A stretch of DNA of 64,000 nt from Octopus vulgaris. Its lineage: Eukaryota. The translations under genes were made by a program, and so were the position numbers. Location: the NCBI GenBank assembly GCA_951406725.2, contig OX597825.1, positions 43,214,001 through 43,278,000 of the forward strand, given 5' to 3'. Each line of letters begins with the position of its first letter. Within the stretch, counting starts at the first letter, position 1. Positions 50,880 to 64,000 of the stretch are shown piece after piece. The notes below the pieces were generated by a model, which was given only the letters and a program-made list of their open reading frames with translations, did no database searches and was not told the origin of the DNA.

Positions 50880-52730
50880 CACAACAACAGCATATCCGCC
50901 ACCACCAACAACAGCAGCAGTATCAGAACCATCCCCAAACAACAACTGCTACTTCAACAAAACATGAAAAAGCTCTCCCAAACATGCCCCTCCCCTCATC
51001 GGACCACTCACACATGTCCTGTAATGAAAGCGATAATGACGAACCTAAATGGCAAACGGTCACCAAAGCCAGGGAAAGAAAGTGAAAGAAAAAACAGCAA
51101 CACCAACACAAATATCTGGTAAATACGAACAAAAGGAGGGGATACCTTTCAGCAACAATGCTCAAATATCTCCCCCATTCACACACATCACCACCACCAA
51201 CCACAGCTACGACACAATTGTTATCATTATCCCCATCACTACCACAACCCCCACTACTATCACAGACATCACCACTATAGGCATAACCCAATTCACACGC
51301 TCAGCATTTTCATCACAAATCCTATCATTAGGATAATTTAAACATCTTCAACCATATTCCATAATCACAATCAACAGAGCACTAATAGTATACACACACA
51401 ACTATACATATATCATTCAGAGCAATTTCATCACGTCGACAAACAACATCTCTACACACATAAAAAGCATACAAATAACACAAAACACATAAAACATTAA
51501 AAAAAAACAAATGTCCTGTTGGGGTAGGGAATTTTGCAATAAAATCTTTACAAATAACTGCTTGTGGAAACGCTTCCATCTAATCCGATGGACAGAAAAA
51601 CTATCCCCTGTCCCTCGCAAAATTGCGGTATTAGCTCTCTCCTCTTCTCTGCAGTATAAATGTGCATGGCCTGGGGTTGCCTTGGAAACAAGGCCATCTA
51701 CTAATAACCTTAGGCCACTAAGTTTAGATCTCATGGCTGTGAGTGAGACCCGGCTTTTCAACCGACGAGTTTTTATGCCAATCTTCGGTGGATATGAGTT
51801 TTAATTACTTCCATGTCAACTAGAAATGGAGGTGGGTGGGACTGCGGTGTTGTTCTGCAGAGCTCTGGATCTCAAGATTAAAGCCACATTTCCGAACCCA
51901 GAAAGTAAAGTCCATGGTCCTGGAGGTGAACATTTGCATCGGGACGCCTTCAGACTGGTGGTTTCTTATGCACGGACAGAAGCAAGATAGCTGGATTTTT
52001 CAGACGTCTCGACAGTTAGTGCTAATGGTAGACAGGAATTTCATCTTGAATGCACACTTCGATTGTGTGAAATTAGCTCTTTGAAGAAGGGGCTGAAAAA
52101 GCCTCGTAAACCTGCTCAGTCGTTTTCAACTGCCTGACATGTACAGACTGGATTTCCCAAATTCGTTATCTTCACGATCGACGTAGATAGATTTCACAGG
52201 CAGGGTTACTGGAGACTGTATGCATCACTCCCGATGTACCATGCTTACGGAGAGCGGATTAGCGAATTAGGTAAGCGAATTAACGAATTAGTTAAGTGGC
52301 TTTCACGGGGGTAGTCGTCAACTACAATGATGATTTGTTACGAAAAGGGCAATTAGAGGTGAATCAATTAGGTTTAGTAAGGCATTAGCGATATAAAGTA
52401 AAAGAATAGAGGGAAACTTAATTTCAAACTTAGAAAAGGCGCTTAGGAAAGACATCACAATCGACGTACTGGTGGTGAGATTGGCCATGAACCAATTCTT
52501 CAATGCCAAGCACGAAGGATATATTGTCAGGTCCAAAGTGCGTGCGCTAAAAACCGCAGAAATGAAAGCCACTCGATGGACCCGAGTGGAAGAGACGTAA
52601 CGTGGCAACAAAACCACAACTCGGTCTTTGGTAGACAAAATGGGGTGCGCGGTTCTCGAGCCCGTGCAGTTGTGTGCGACTTTTCAGCGGCATCCCGCTC
52701 AATTGTTTGAGGCCTTGTGCCTAGAGTAGA
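50880..52730 (+). mobile_element. Degenerate L1/Tx1-like LINE (ORF1 tail + APE endonuclease region)
   Basis: PKWQTVTK; INVHGL...LDLMAVSETRL; LVLMVDRNFILN; YIVRSKVRAL. Confidence 0.55.
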
Positions 52731-52736
52731 AAATGT

Positions 52737-53140
<404 letters not shown>

Positions 53141-53155
53141 ATTATTATTATTATT

Positions 53156-53853
<698 letters not shown>

Positions 53854-53958
53854 TATTATTATTATTATTATTATTATTATCATCATCATCATCATCAACA
53901 TCATCATCATCATCATCAACATCATCATCATCATCATCAACATCATCATCATCATCAC

Positions 53959-54024
<66 letters not shown>

Positions 54025-54028
54025 CATT

Positions 54029-54519
54029 GAGTGAGAGAGCAGTTCATGCCATCAAAGTGACACTGGAGTAAAATATACGAAGCCCAGTATACCCATCATG
54101 ACTACCCGGCCGATAAAGGTACACCAGACACATGCATCACAACCATATGTGCAGGACATGGTGATCTCATTTAACAGCGCATGATCTTGCAGGCGGGCTC
54201 CAGTTAGTGTTTTCTTCAGTTCGAGTTAGCCATCCCGCTGAAAAGGTCCCTGAACAAGGTTTTTCCAAGGATGTTGAACGAAACACCCATGTTTCCAGAG
54301 GTGAATTATCCAAAGCCCAAAGAATTCCTCTCAACACATGGTTATGATGTTCCCCCACTACTCCTGCTCGTTACCACAGATGCCCATATCCTCAGCCACG
54401 TAGGGACACGCTCAACTGGTTAAGGTCAAACAGCTGACAAGCAAATATGTGGCACTGACAAGAATATTTGCTGCAGCACATCTTTTATACCAAGACAAAA
54501 CAATGTACGTGATAACACT
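54029..54519 (-). mobile_element. 556-bp element, diverged copy lacking the 5' tip
   Basis: Aligns to 53156-53652. Confidence 0.85.
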
Positions 54520-57500
54520 GTTTTCTGGAGTTGTACTAAACTGAGTTTTATGCCTGTTTCCTCTTTCCATCTGTCCAAATCTTTAGAGATAGATCTTAAT
54601 GACCCTATAACTACTGAGATGCATTTTACCCGCAGGTTCTATAGTCTCTGTAATTCAATGGCTAGATACTAGTAATTTTCTATTTTTCTATACCTCGCAT
54701 ATTGAGTTTTTCACCATTTGAGACTGTAAAGTCAATTATCTATCACTTTTTATTCTGTTCATTTACAACTACTAAATCAAGCCTTCTAGCATCTATTACT
54801 CTGTCAGTCTGAATTTTCAAATTTCCACAATATCTCATATTTCTTTCTTGTAGTACTTTACTAGGTTCATATTCATACCATCTATCAGTATGTTCAAATC
54901 CTAGCTTTCTACATAACTCCGAGTGGATTACTCTCCTTAGTTTGTCAAATATTTACTTGTATCCTTTATGTGCCAGCATACTACATTCACTTACTATATG
55001 AGTAACGCTTTCCTAACCTACATTTTGGAATCTACTTGATTTTTGTTTAATTTGGCTTTTATCCAATTACTCCTTAAGACTTGATTTGTGTTGCTAATAA
55101 TAAACTTTCTCTCTCCCTTTTCAGCCTTCCTTTCTGCAACTATGACCATGTCTCATTACTACTATTTGGGGACTATTTTGGGGAATCTACCATCAAAGCC
55201 CTCTCCCGCAAGTCACATAACTTGTGTTCTTTTTTCTGTTTTTTTAACTAGGTTTGGTTTTTTGGTTTCCCTATGTCCAGCTGTGACTCAAGCAGCTCAT
55301 AATAAACTTTCTACATTATTGCGTACATAGGAACCTATATCTACTCTAGCTAACTAGTTAACTCCACGTAGTCTTCTACTGATAATAACCTTCACCTACC
55401 TTGCTTTCTAGGTAAGTATAAGCTTGCTATTCCTGCTGTTGGGTGGAGTCCTCTATTTAAATGGAATACCTTCCTAGTTCTTCTGTCTAGCTTTGCTAAT
55501 TCAGTTTTTGTCCAGTCTACAAAAGCTGGTGAGTATCTAAGTAATGATACTGCCCACGTATTTACAGCCTTCACTAGATTCCGACCATTTAGCTTTGACT
55601 TCATTAGCTTCCTCACCCTTCTGATATACTCCTCAATTTTCGTTTTCATTTCTATAGTTAGTACTCTATCAGATTCGAATACTTCTAGATACTTATAACT
55701 CTCTCTTTTCAAAGATTTTAATGTCTGGTCATGTGGTAATTGGATGCCTTCACTGGTGACTACATGTCCCCTAATTTCGCCCATTTATCTATGCCAATTT
55801 CCATGTCTGTATCTTTGCTAAAGAGCCTTAGAGTCTGTATTAAGAAATCTATCTCTTTTTTATTCTTACTAAAAAGCTTCAGCTAATCTATGCTGAGCAA
55901 ATGGTTAAATTTTCCCTTACTATTTCTGAAATGATACCCTGTCTTTGCCTTCCTTAATACTAAACTGAGGGGTATCAAAAATAAGACAAATATCAAAGGG
56001 GATAACGAGTCTCCTTTAAAAATTTCCCTCTTGCTATTGACTTTCCCTAAGTCTGTGTTACCTGAGTAGAGATTTACTTTCCATGTCTTCATGCTAAAGC
56101 TATTTAATTCTCTTACGTTGTATGCTACACTAAATATACTCAAACATTTACTTATCCATGAGTGTTGGGTCATGTCATGACTTTCTTATACTCTGTCCAT
56201 GCTTTTGTTAGATTTTTCTTTCTCGATTTTACTTCATTTAAAACTGTTTTGCTTATGTATTACAGATCATGAGTACCTCTAACCTTCTTCCTGCTACCTT
56301 TCTGTTCTTTTGGCAGTACATTTTGGTTGTCAAGGTACTCGTAAATGTTTTCTGAAAGCATACCTGTTAATAGCTTCCACACTAATGGTAAGCAAATGAT
56401 TTGACTATAATTACTAGCTGTATTACCTTTGCTCTTATATTTCATAAGGAGTATTGTTCTACTTCTAGCATTCCAATTTGGTATTATTCCTCCACTAAGA
56501 CAATCTTGATGTTGTTCTCTCAGCTTCTCATGTAACCTACTAAATTTCATTAACTAATACCCTTGAACCATATCTGGTCCTGGGCCCTTCCATTTCGCTA
56601 TTTTCTCAAATACTTTACTCATTGATGCACTAGTTAGTCTTAGATCTGGCAGCTTCTCACTCCCTATTTCTTCTTTCAGGTTCTTTAACCATACCGCTTC
56701 TCCATTATGTTTGACTGGCTTATCCCAAATATTTCTCCAGAACATTCTAGGTTTCTCATCTTCAGTGCTTTCTTCTACTTTATTGGTTATAAAATCACCT
56801 CTGATCTGTCTCAAATAATCTATTCTGTTGATACTGATATATTCTTTTCTGATATATGGAAAGCTCATCTGCTACTGCTATAACTTTTCTGTGACTGTCC
56901 CAAATCCTTTCTCTTTGACTAAATATCTTTTCTCAAGAGGAAATTTAAATCTTGTGTCCTTTCTTTACTTGCTCAATTTCCAGACTTCTATTCTACTCAG
57001 ATTTTTTTCTTAAAGTCTTTACTTTATTTCATAATCTCCTATTTCACATTTGTATTTTTAATCTTTACTTGTGGAATGTCTAATCTTCTGGTTACTACTA
57101 CTCCCCCTGAATAGACCAATAAGTTAATTCTCTTATATTTTTAGTATGTATCCTACTCATAACAGGTTCTACTTTCTTAGTCTTATCTTTCAGATTCATT
57201 CTGTTGGTACCCTTTAATGCTGGCAAACTTTTTCTTACTTCTTTGCTTATTACTTCTAGCAAATCCTCAGAAATCTTCTGATCTTCTTCACTTAAATCAC
57301 TTAAAACTCTGGTGTCAGTTGTTTCTTCTTTATTGGTTGTGCTACTATTATTTTGTCTTTAGGTTTTTCTTGGGTTTGAACTTTATTTATGTTATTGTTT
57401 GTCTTTCCCACTGCCTGGTCTTTCATTTCCAGTTCCCTTGAGATCTCTTTTCCCTCATCCACTTTCTTCTTCTAATAGCATTAGCTTAATATACTAGTCT

Positions 57501-57760
57501 CTGGTCAATCACTTTATTCATACTTTTCTCTACCTAAAGTGTTAAAATCCGTTTTCTATAACCAATTGTTTTAGGTTCACGTTCTAAGAAGCACTGTTTT
57601 CTTCATTGGTCCAATTCCTCCTCCTTACTCTAATATTTGCTGTGATTAGTCTCAACCTTTACTGAACCATTGCCGAGAAAGAGGCCTTCTCTTAAAGATC
57701 AAACCTAATTTCTGCTGTTACAACCAGAGTTTCTACACAAAGACTTTTCTCTCATAAACT
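54520..57760 (-). mobile_element. Near full-length degenerate R4/Dong-like element
   Basis: RRRNWTNEEN..GYRKRI N-terminus, KWKGPGPDMVQGY, IFKGDSLSPLIF, LNGRNLVKAVNTWAVSLLRYS, endonuclease remnants. Confidence 0.85.
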
Positions 57761-58269
57761 GAAGTAAGATAATGTTCGTCACAATTTTCATCATTATTTT
57801 TCGACATCTGATAGTTTCAGGTAACTTTGTATTGCATCACTTGCCGCGCTGTGCTGGTGGGGTATATGCTTAATTTTTTACCCTTTCGGGAATTTTATAT
57901 TACATCAGTATGTTTTGTTATGGGGTTTAGTTTGAGTCTTCTGTTGTATTAGTTTTTGATTGGTGTGTTGTTTATGCAGTGCAGGTTGTGTTCTGTGAGG
58001 TATCGGATTTCTATTGCACATGTTGAGGGCTTTGTTCATTTTATTGGGTTTTTACTGTATGAATTTATTTATGTATGTTCCAGGAGAAGTGTTGCACACA
58101 CTACTGAGTGTGTAAATCATAAACCAACCATTTCATTATATTCATGATTATCTGTCCATCGCTTTTTTTAATGGGTCCGCCTTTACAACGTTTACTCTCT
58201 GACAGAACACCGTCCATGGACATGTGTTAATGTTTATTTCGTATCTCCTTCATTATTATTATTATTATT

Positions 58270-58933
<664 letters not shown>

Positions 58934-58935
58934 TT

Positions 58936-59608
58936 GAGTGAGAGAGCAGTGCATACCCATCAAATTGACACTGGGGTAAAATATACGAAGCCCAGTATAC
59001 CCATAATGACTACCAGTCTGATAAGGGTACACTAGGAACATGCATCACAACCATATGTGCGCGACATGGTGATCTCATATCAAGATAAACAGCACACGTC
59101 CTTGCAGGTGGGGCCCAGTTAGAATTTTCTTCTGGTCGAGTTAGCCATCCCGCTGAAAAGATCCCTGAATAATAAGGGTTCTTTAAGGATGTTGAACGAA
59201 ACACCCATGTTTCCCGACGTGAATTATTCAAACACAAAGAATCCCTCTCAACACATAGCTATGATGCGCCCCCACTACTTCTGCTCGTGATCAGAGAGGC
59301 ATATATTGTCAGCCTCTAAGGGAATGCTCAACTGGTTAAGGTCAAACAACTGACAAGCAAATCTGTAGTATTGAGCAGAATATTTGCTGTAGCCCATCTT
59401 TTATACCAAGACAAAACAATGTACATGATAACACTTCCAATCAGTTAAGAACAGAAGCCACGAAAACCACTGCTTAGTACTGGATCAGGGCATTGATACT
59501 GCATCAGGGCATTGGTACTGCATCAGGGCATTGGTACTGCCTCAGGGCATCGGTACTGCATCAGGGCATCCGTACTGCATCAGGGCATTGGTTCTGCACC
59601 AGGGCATT
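58936..59608 (-). mobile_element. 556-bp element with seven tandem copies of its terminal 19-mer
   Basis: Body aligns to the other copies. GGTACTGCATCAGGGCATT x7 at 59476-59608. Confidence 0.85.
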
Positions 59609-59644
59609 ATTGTTATTATTATTATTATTATTATCATTATTATT

Positions 59645-61048
59645 CAGTAGTTTTATTTTTATAGCGTGCTTTCACTTCACTACCGAGCGCAGCTCTGCGT
59701 GCCTTGGGTATGTGCTGTGATTTGTTGTGATGCTCTGATGGTTATTGTATGGAAAGTGTTCTGCGTAGGATGTGTGCAGTGCCTAGTAGTGCAATTTTCT
59801 GTATGTTATATGTGTTTCTAAGTCCTGGTGTTTTTGTTATGTATTTGTCTGAATATTTTTTTTATCATGCCTAATGCACCTACTATGATAGGAATTGTTT
59901 CTGTTTTCAGATTCCACATTCTAGTTACCTCTATTTCCAGGTCTTTGTATTTTGAGAGTTTCTCCATTTCTTTTAGAGACACGTTGTCATCTGCCGGTAT
60001 TGATACATCAATTAGAAAGCATTTTTTTCTTCATGATCTCTGACAACTATATCTGGTCTGTTGGCCTTAATTTCTCTATCTGTGTGTATCGGCATATCCC
60101 AGAGTATGGTTGCTTTCTCGTTTTCTGTGACCTTTTCTGGTGTGTGCCTATACCATCTTTTTTCTGTTGTTATTCCATAATGTTGGCATAGCTTCCAATG
60201 TATGTAGGTTCCAACTCTGTCATGTCTGTGAATATATTCCTTCTTAGCCAGGACTGGACAGCTAGAGATAATATGATTTATTGTTTCTTGTCCATCTCCA
60301 CATATTCTGCAGTTACTTGTAATATTTCTTTTCATTACATGTTTTTGGTAATTTCTGGTGGGGAGGCTTTGGTCTTGTGCTACAATTAAAAATCTCTCTG
60401 TTTCTGCTTTGAGTCCTGAGCTTCTCAACCATTGCTGGGATTTTTCTTTGTCTATTTCTTTTGCGTTTAGTTTAGTCCAGTATTTACCATGAAGGGGCTT
60501 TTCTTGCCATCGTTTTATCATGGTTCGTTGCTGTTCTATTTTTAGTTTGGATTTCATTTGTTTTATAGCTTTTGTTGTTTCTTCATCTTCTTCTTCTTCT
60601 TCTTCTTCTTCTTCTTCTTCTTCATGTTTATTAGGTGGTATGATTTCTTGTTTGTATTTGTCAGCTTCCTTAAATACTGAGAACAGTTTTTTGTTTTGCT
60701 CGTGTTTTGCCGCTATCTGGATCAGTTTTCCTTCCTTCTGAAGTAGATATTTTTGCAGTCCTATGGTGGTTATTTTATAGTAGTTTTCCAGCTGTATAAG
60801 GCCTCTACCACCTTCTATACGTTGTATATATAGTCTTTCTATGTCAGATTTTGGGTGATGCATCCTAGATCCTGTCATTATTTTTCTTGTTTTCCTATCT
60901 ATTTTGGTCAGTTCATTTCGTGTCCAGTTGTAGCTGTAACTTATAACTGGGACAGCTAAAGTGTTGATACATATTATCTTGTTTTTAGCATTGAGCTCTG
61001 TTTTTAGTATTGATCTAACTCGTCTATAATATTCTTTTTTATTTTCTC

Positions 61049-61050
<2 letters not shown>
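59645..61050 (-). mobile_element. R4/Dong element, 5'-truncated, same family as 27297-30045
   Basis: Protein nearly identical from EYYRRVRSILKTELNAK to RPDIVVRDHEEK. Same 3' UTR and (TAA)n flanks. Confidence 0.93.
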
Positions 61051-61121
<71 letters not shown>

Positions 61122-61135
61122 CATCATCATCATCA

Positions 61136-61214
<79 letters not shown>

Positions 61215-61216
<2 letters not shown>

Positions 61217-62778
61217 TATGTTTGACTTTTGCTTTACATTTGTACAATTTGGCTCCAAGTCTCAACCAGAGACCTCAAGAGGCATGAAAATGGAGGTTCA
61301 TGTTGTTATGCCTAGTGTGCCATATATTTGGTTTTATATTTAGTGTTGTACTAGTGAATGTCTAAAAAAAACATACAGAAATTATGTTTGTTTTAAACCT
61401 TGAGATTACGTAGAAAGTATTTCGCGTAGGATATGAGCAGTTCCCATGAGCACTATCTTTTGAATTTCTGCCGTCTTTGGGTTTCCTGGTATTTGAGTTA
61501 GGTAGCAATCAGCCCCTTTTGCTATCATTCCCAGGGCACCTATGACAACAGGTATTGTTTTAGTCTTCAGGTTCCACATTTTGCTGAGATCTATTTCAAG
61601 ATCTTTATATTTGCATCTATCTTTCTGTCAGTTTGAATGGTGAAGTTCCAGAGGAGTAAGATGTGGTCATTTTAAAGCACTGGAGGTGGTTTGTGTTCCC
61701 ACCAGTTTTTATCATGGGACAAGTCCAGGCTTTTGTAAATTATCCAGTGAATATATTGTGCAGCTCTATCATGCCTGTTGAGATACTCTGTAGGCGCAAG
61801 AAGACTGCACTTGGAGGCAACATGATCAATGGTTTCATTTTGTCGTTGACATACACGACATGTTGGGCTACTGCCGTTCTTTAATATGTTGACCTGGTAG
61901 TTCCTTGTTGGTAGGCAATGATCTTGAGCTGCTATGATAAACCCTACTGTTTCAGATTTTAAGCCAGAGGCCATTAGCCATTGATGGGTCAGTGCTTTGT
62001 CAACATCTGCATTACTCGCTCTCTTTGGGTATTTGCCATAGAGAGGTTTTTCTTGCCATTTATCATTCAGAATATCTAAGGCAGCAGTTTTAGTACGGGT
62101 TTTCATGCGCTTAGATTTTTTTTGTGCTTGTTTCTTGTATGCCTATCTCTAATTCTGAAATTTGTTGTATTCGGAATTCACTTAGATATTCCTTTGCCTG
62201 TTTTGTTATTGAGTATGATGCTTTCTTGTTTTCATGTTTTGAGTCAAGTTTTAACATCCAGTCCTCGGAGTTTTTCAGGTAGGTGTCAAGGCTAATTGTA
62301 GCAATCTTCATTGTTATTGCCAGTTGTTAAAGTCCACGGCCTCGCGCTTTTCTTGGCAGATAAAGCTGTTCTATATCTGCCTTAGGGTGGTGCATTCTAT
62401 GCATTGTCAACAGTCTTCGTATTTTTCTGTCAAGATTACATATTTCAGTAATTGACCAGTTAACGATACTGAAACTGTAAGTCACGACTAGTATGGCTAA
62501 AGCATTGATCGCTTCGATCCTGTTTCTCGCATTCAGCTCTGTCTTGAGTATTGCTCTTACTCTGCGATAACATTCTCTCCTGATCTTTTCTTTCATCACT
62601 GAATGCCTTATTCCGTCCCCTTCAATTACCCAAGGTACTTGTAGCTCTCCGCTGGGTCTAACTTTTTATGACATGCTGCTGGTCAAGGTTAGCGTTAGAT
62701 GTTTCTGTCATATTTCCTTTGATAAAGGTAGCTTTTGCACATTTATCGAGGCCAAATTGCATTCTGATGTCATCACTA
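61215..62778 (-). mobile_element. R4/Dong element, different subfamily, 5'-truncated
   Basis: ECYRRVRAILKTELNARN, WQEKPLYGKY, GLKSETVGFIIAAQD, CRVCQRQNETIDHVASKC, RHD. (TAA)n flanks. Confidence 0.9.
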
Positions 62779-62779
62779 C

Positions 62780-62831
<52 letters not shown>

Positions 62832-62973
62832 GAGTGACTAAGCGAGTAATGCATGCCAAAAAAGTTAATTGGGGTACATATATAAGTAGCCCAATATACC
62901 CATCATGACTACCCCGTCCGATAAGCATACACCAGGCACATGCATCACAAACATATGCGCGCGGTATGGTGAT
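62832..62973 (-). mobile_element. 3' fragment of the 556-bp element
   Basis: GAGTGA...AGCCCAATATACCCATCATGACTACCC...ACACCAGGCACATGCATCACAA after (TTA)n. Confidence 0.75.
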
Positions 62974-63419
62974 GATTGTTATTAAAATCAATCACTTTCT
63001 ACTTTGTAACACTATAGGAGAAATAAGAAATAACAATTAGCTCGAGTACGAGAAGCAGCAAATATATATTATTTGAATTTCATTTTATTCCCACAAAGCC
63101 AAAACTGATTACTTGAAACCCTTCCGTGTCCATCCACACACAAACAAAATTGCTACTTGAAGACAAATACCCGCGAGCAGACATATCAAAAATAATAAAT
63201 TGTTTAAACTGAACGAAATGGAGATTGTGTGGTGATGATGAAATTATTTGGACATATATAAAAGCTCCTCTAATTATTTGTTGATATCAGACAAAGAGCA
63301 TTTAATAAGATGAATGTTAAATGGATATGTATAACAATTTTCAGCCTTGTCAATCAATGCCAAGATGACTTTTGTCAATGTTTAACATCTCAACGCCTAC
63401 GAGGCGGATTCAAAAGCGT

Positions 63420-63700
63420 TTTTGTATTTCAAGCTTTAATAGCTTAAACAAATTATATACGAGAAAGATCAAATTCTATTGTCCGGTGCCATTGTTGTTC
63501 CAGAATCTCAATTCCATACTTACAATATTAGGCTGTTTTAGAGGCAAAATATGCCATTTTCAGTCTCATCCACATTGGTGAAGTATATGAGCCATGGCTC
63601 GGGAAATGTGGTAAATTAATGTTGCAAGGTGTGGATTGTAGGCAGAGTGTGTTTCCAGCTCCTGAAATTCCTCTAGTTTGAGCTTGATCTCATTGTGATA
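63420..63700 (-). mobile_element. Degenerate mariner 3' fragment
   Basis: IKLEEFQELETHSAYNPHLATLIYHISRAMAHIL...FASKTA*YCKYGIEILEQQWHRTIE. Confidence 0.6.
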
Positions 63701-64000
63701 CAACTAAAACATATTCCTCACGGAGCAAAAATACAAACTTTGTAAATAATTCCATAACCAAAGCAAAAAAATTTCCCATTTTTATCTCAAGAGAAGACTC
63801 CACAATGAAGGCGAAAACGAAAACCAAAACACTAAGCATGGTATTTATATTTACCCATAATACTGAAAACCATAACGTTTTACATTCAACCAAACGATAA
63901 CTTCCCTTCCGGTTCTACACTAATTTTTAAATTTCAAAAAGTTATCAACATTCAAAGACAAGCATATTAGAAGAAGAAATAGTGTAGGAAACGACACGTA

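Noticed and set aside
59476-59608. CRISPR-like appearance of regular short repeats (also 11618-11776)
   Set aside because: Head-to-tail units with no unique spacers, no cas genes, eukaryotic context.

Overview
AT-rich, microsatellite-dense animal genomic DNA, most likely a coleoid cephalopod (Octopus), inferred from the SINE and LINE types. I found no intact host gene. Mobile DNA dominates. There are several R4/Dong-clade non-LTR retrotransposons (RT plus restriction-like endonuclease) sitting in (TAA)n tracts, and six copies or fragments of a discrete ~556-bp non-coding element in the same tracts. There is one CR1-group LINE with a CCCH ORF1, plus RTE and L1/Tx1-like remnants. Penelope-like elements include (TA)n-flanked inverted-repeat structures carrying type I hammerhead ribozymes. 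Mariner/Tc1 relics, Helitron helicase fragments and tRNA-derived SINEs are also present. By manual translation, the non-repetitive sequence between the elements appears to be a cluster of decayed, intronless PAN/EGF-like/C-type lectin pseudogenes. Most ORFs in the supplied track are microsatellite artefacts. All family assignments come from motif recognition by eye, not database searches.
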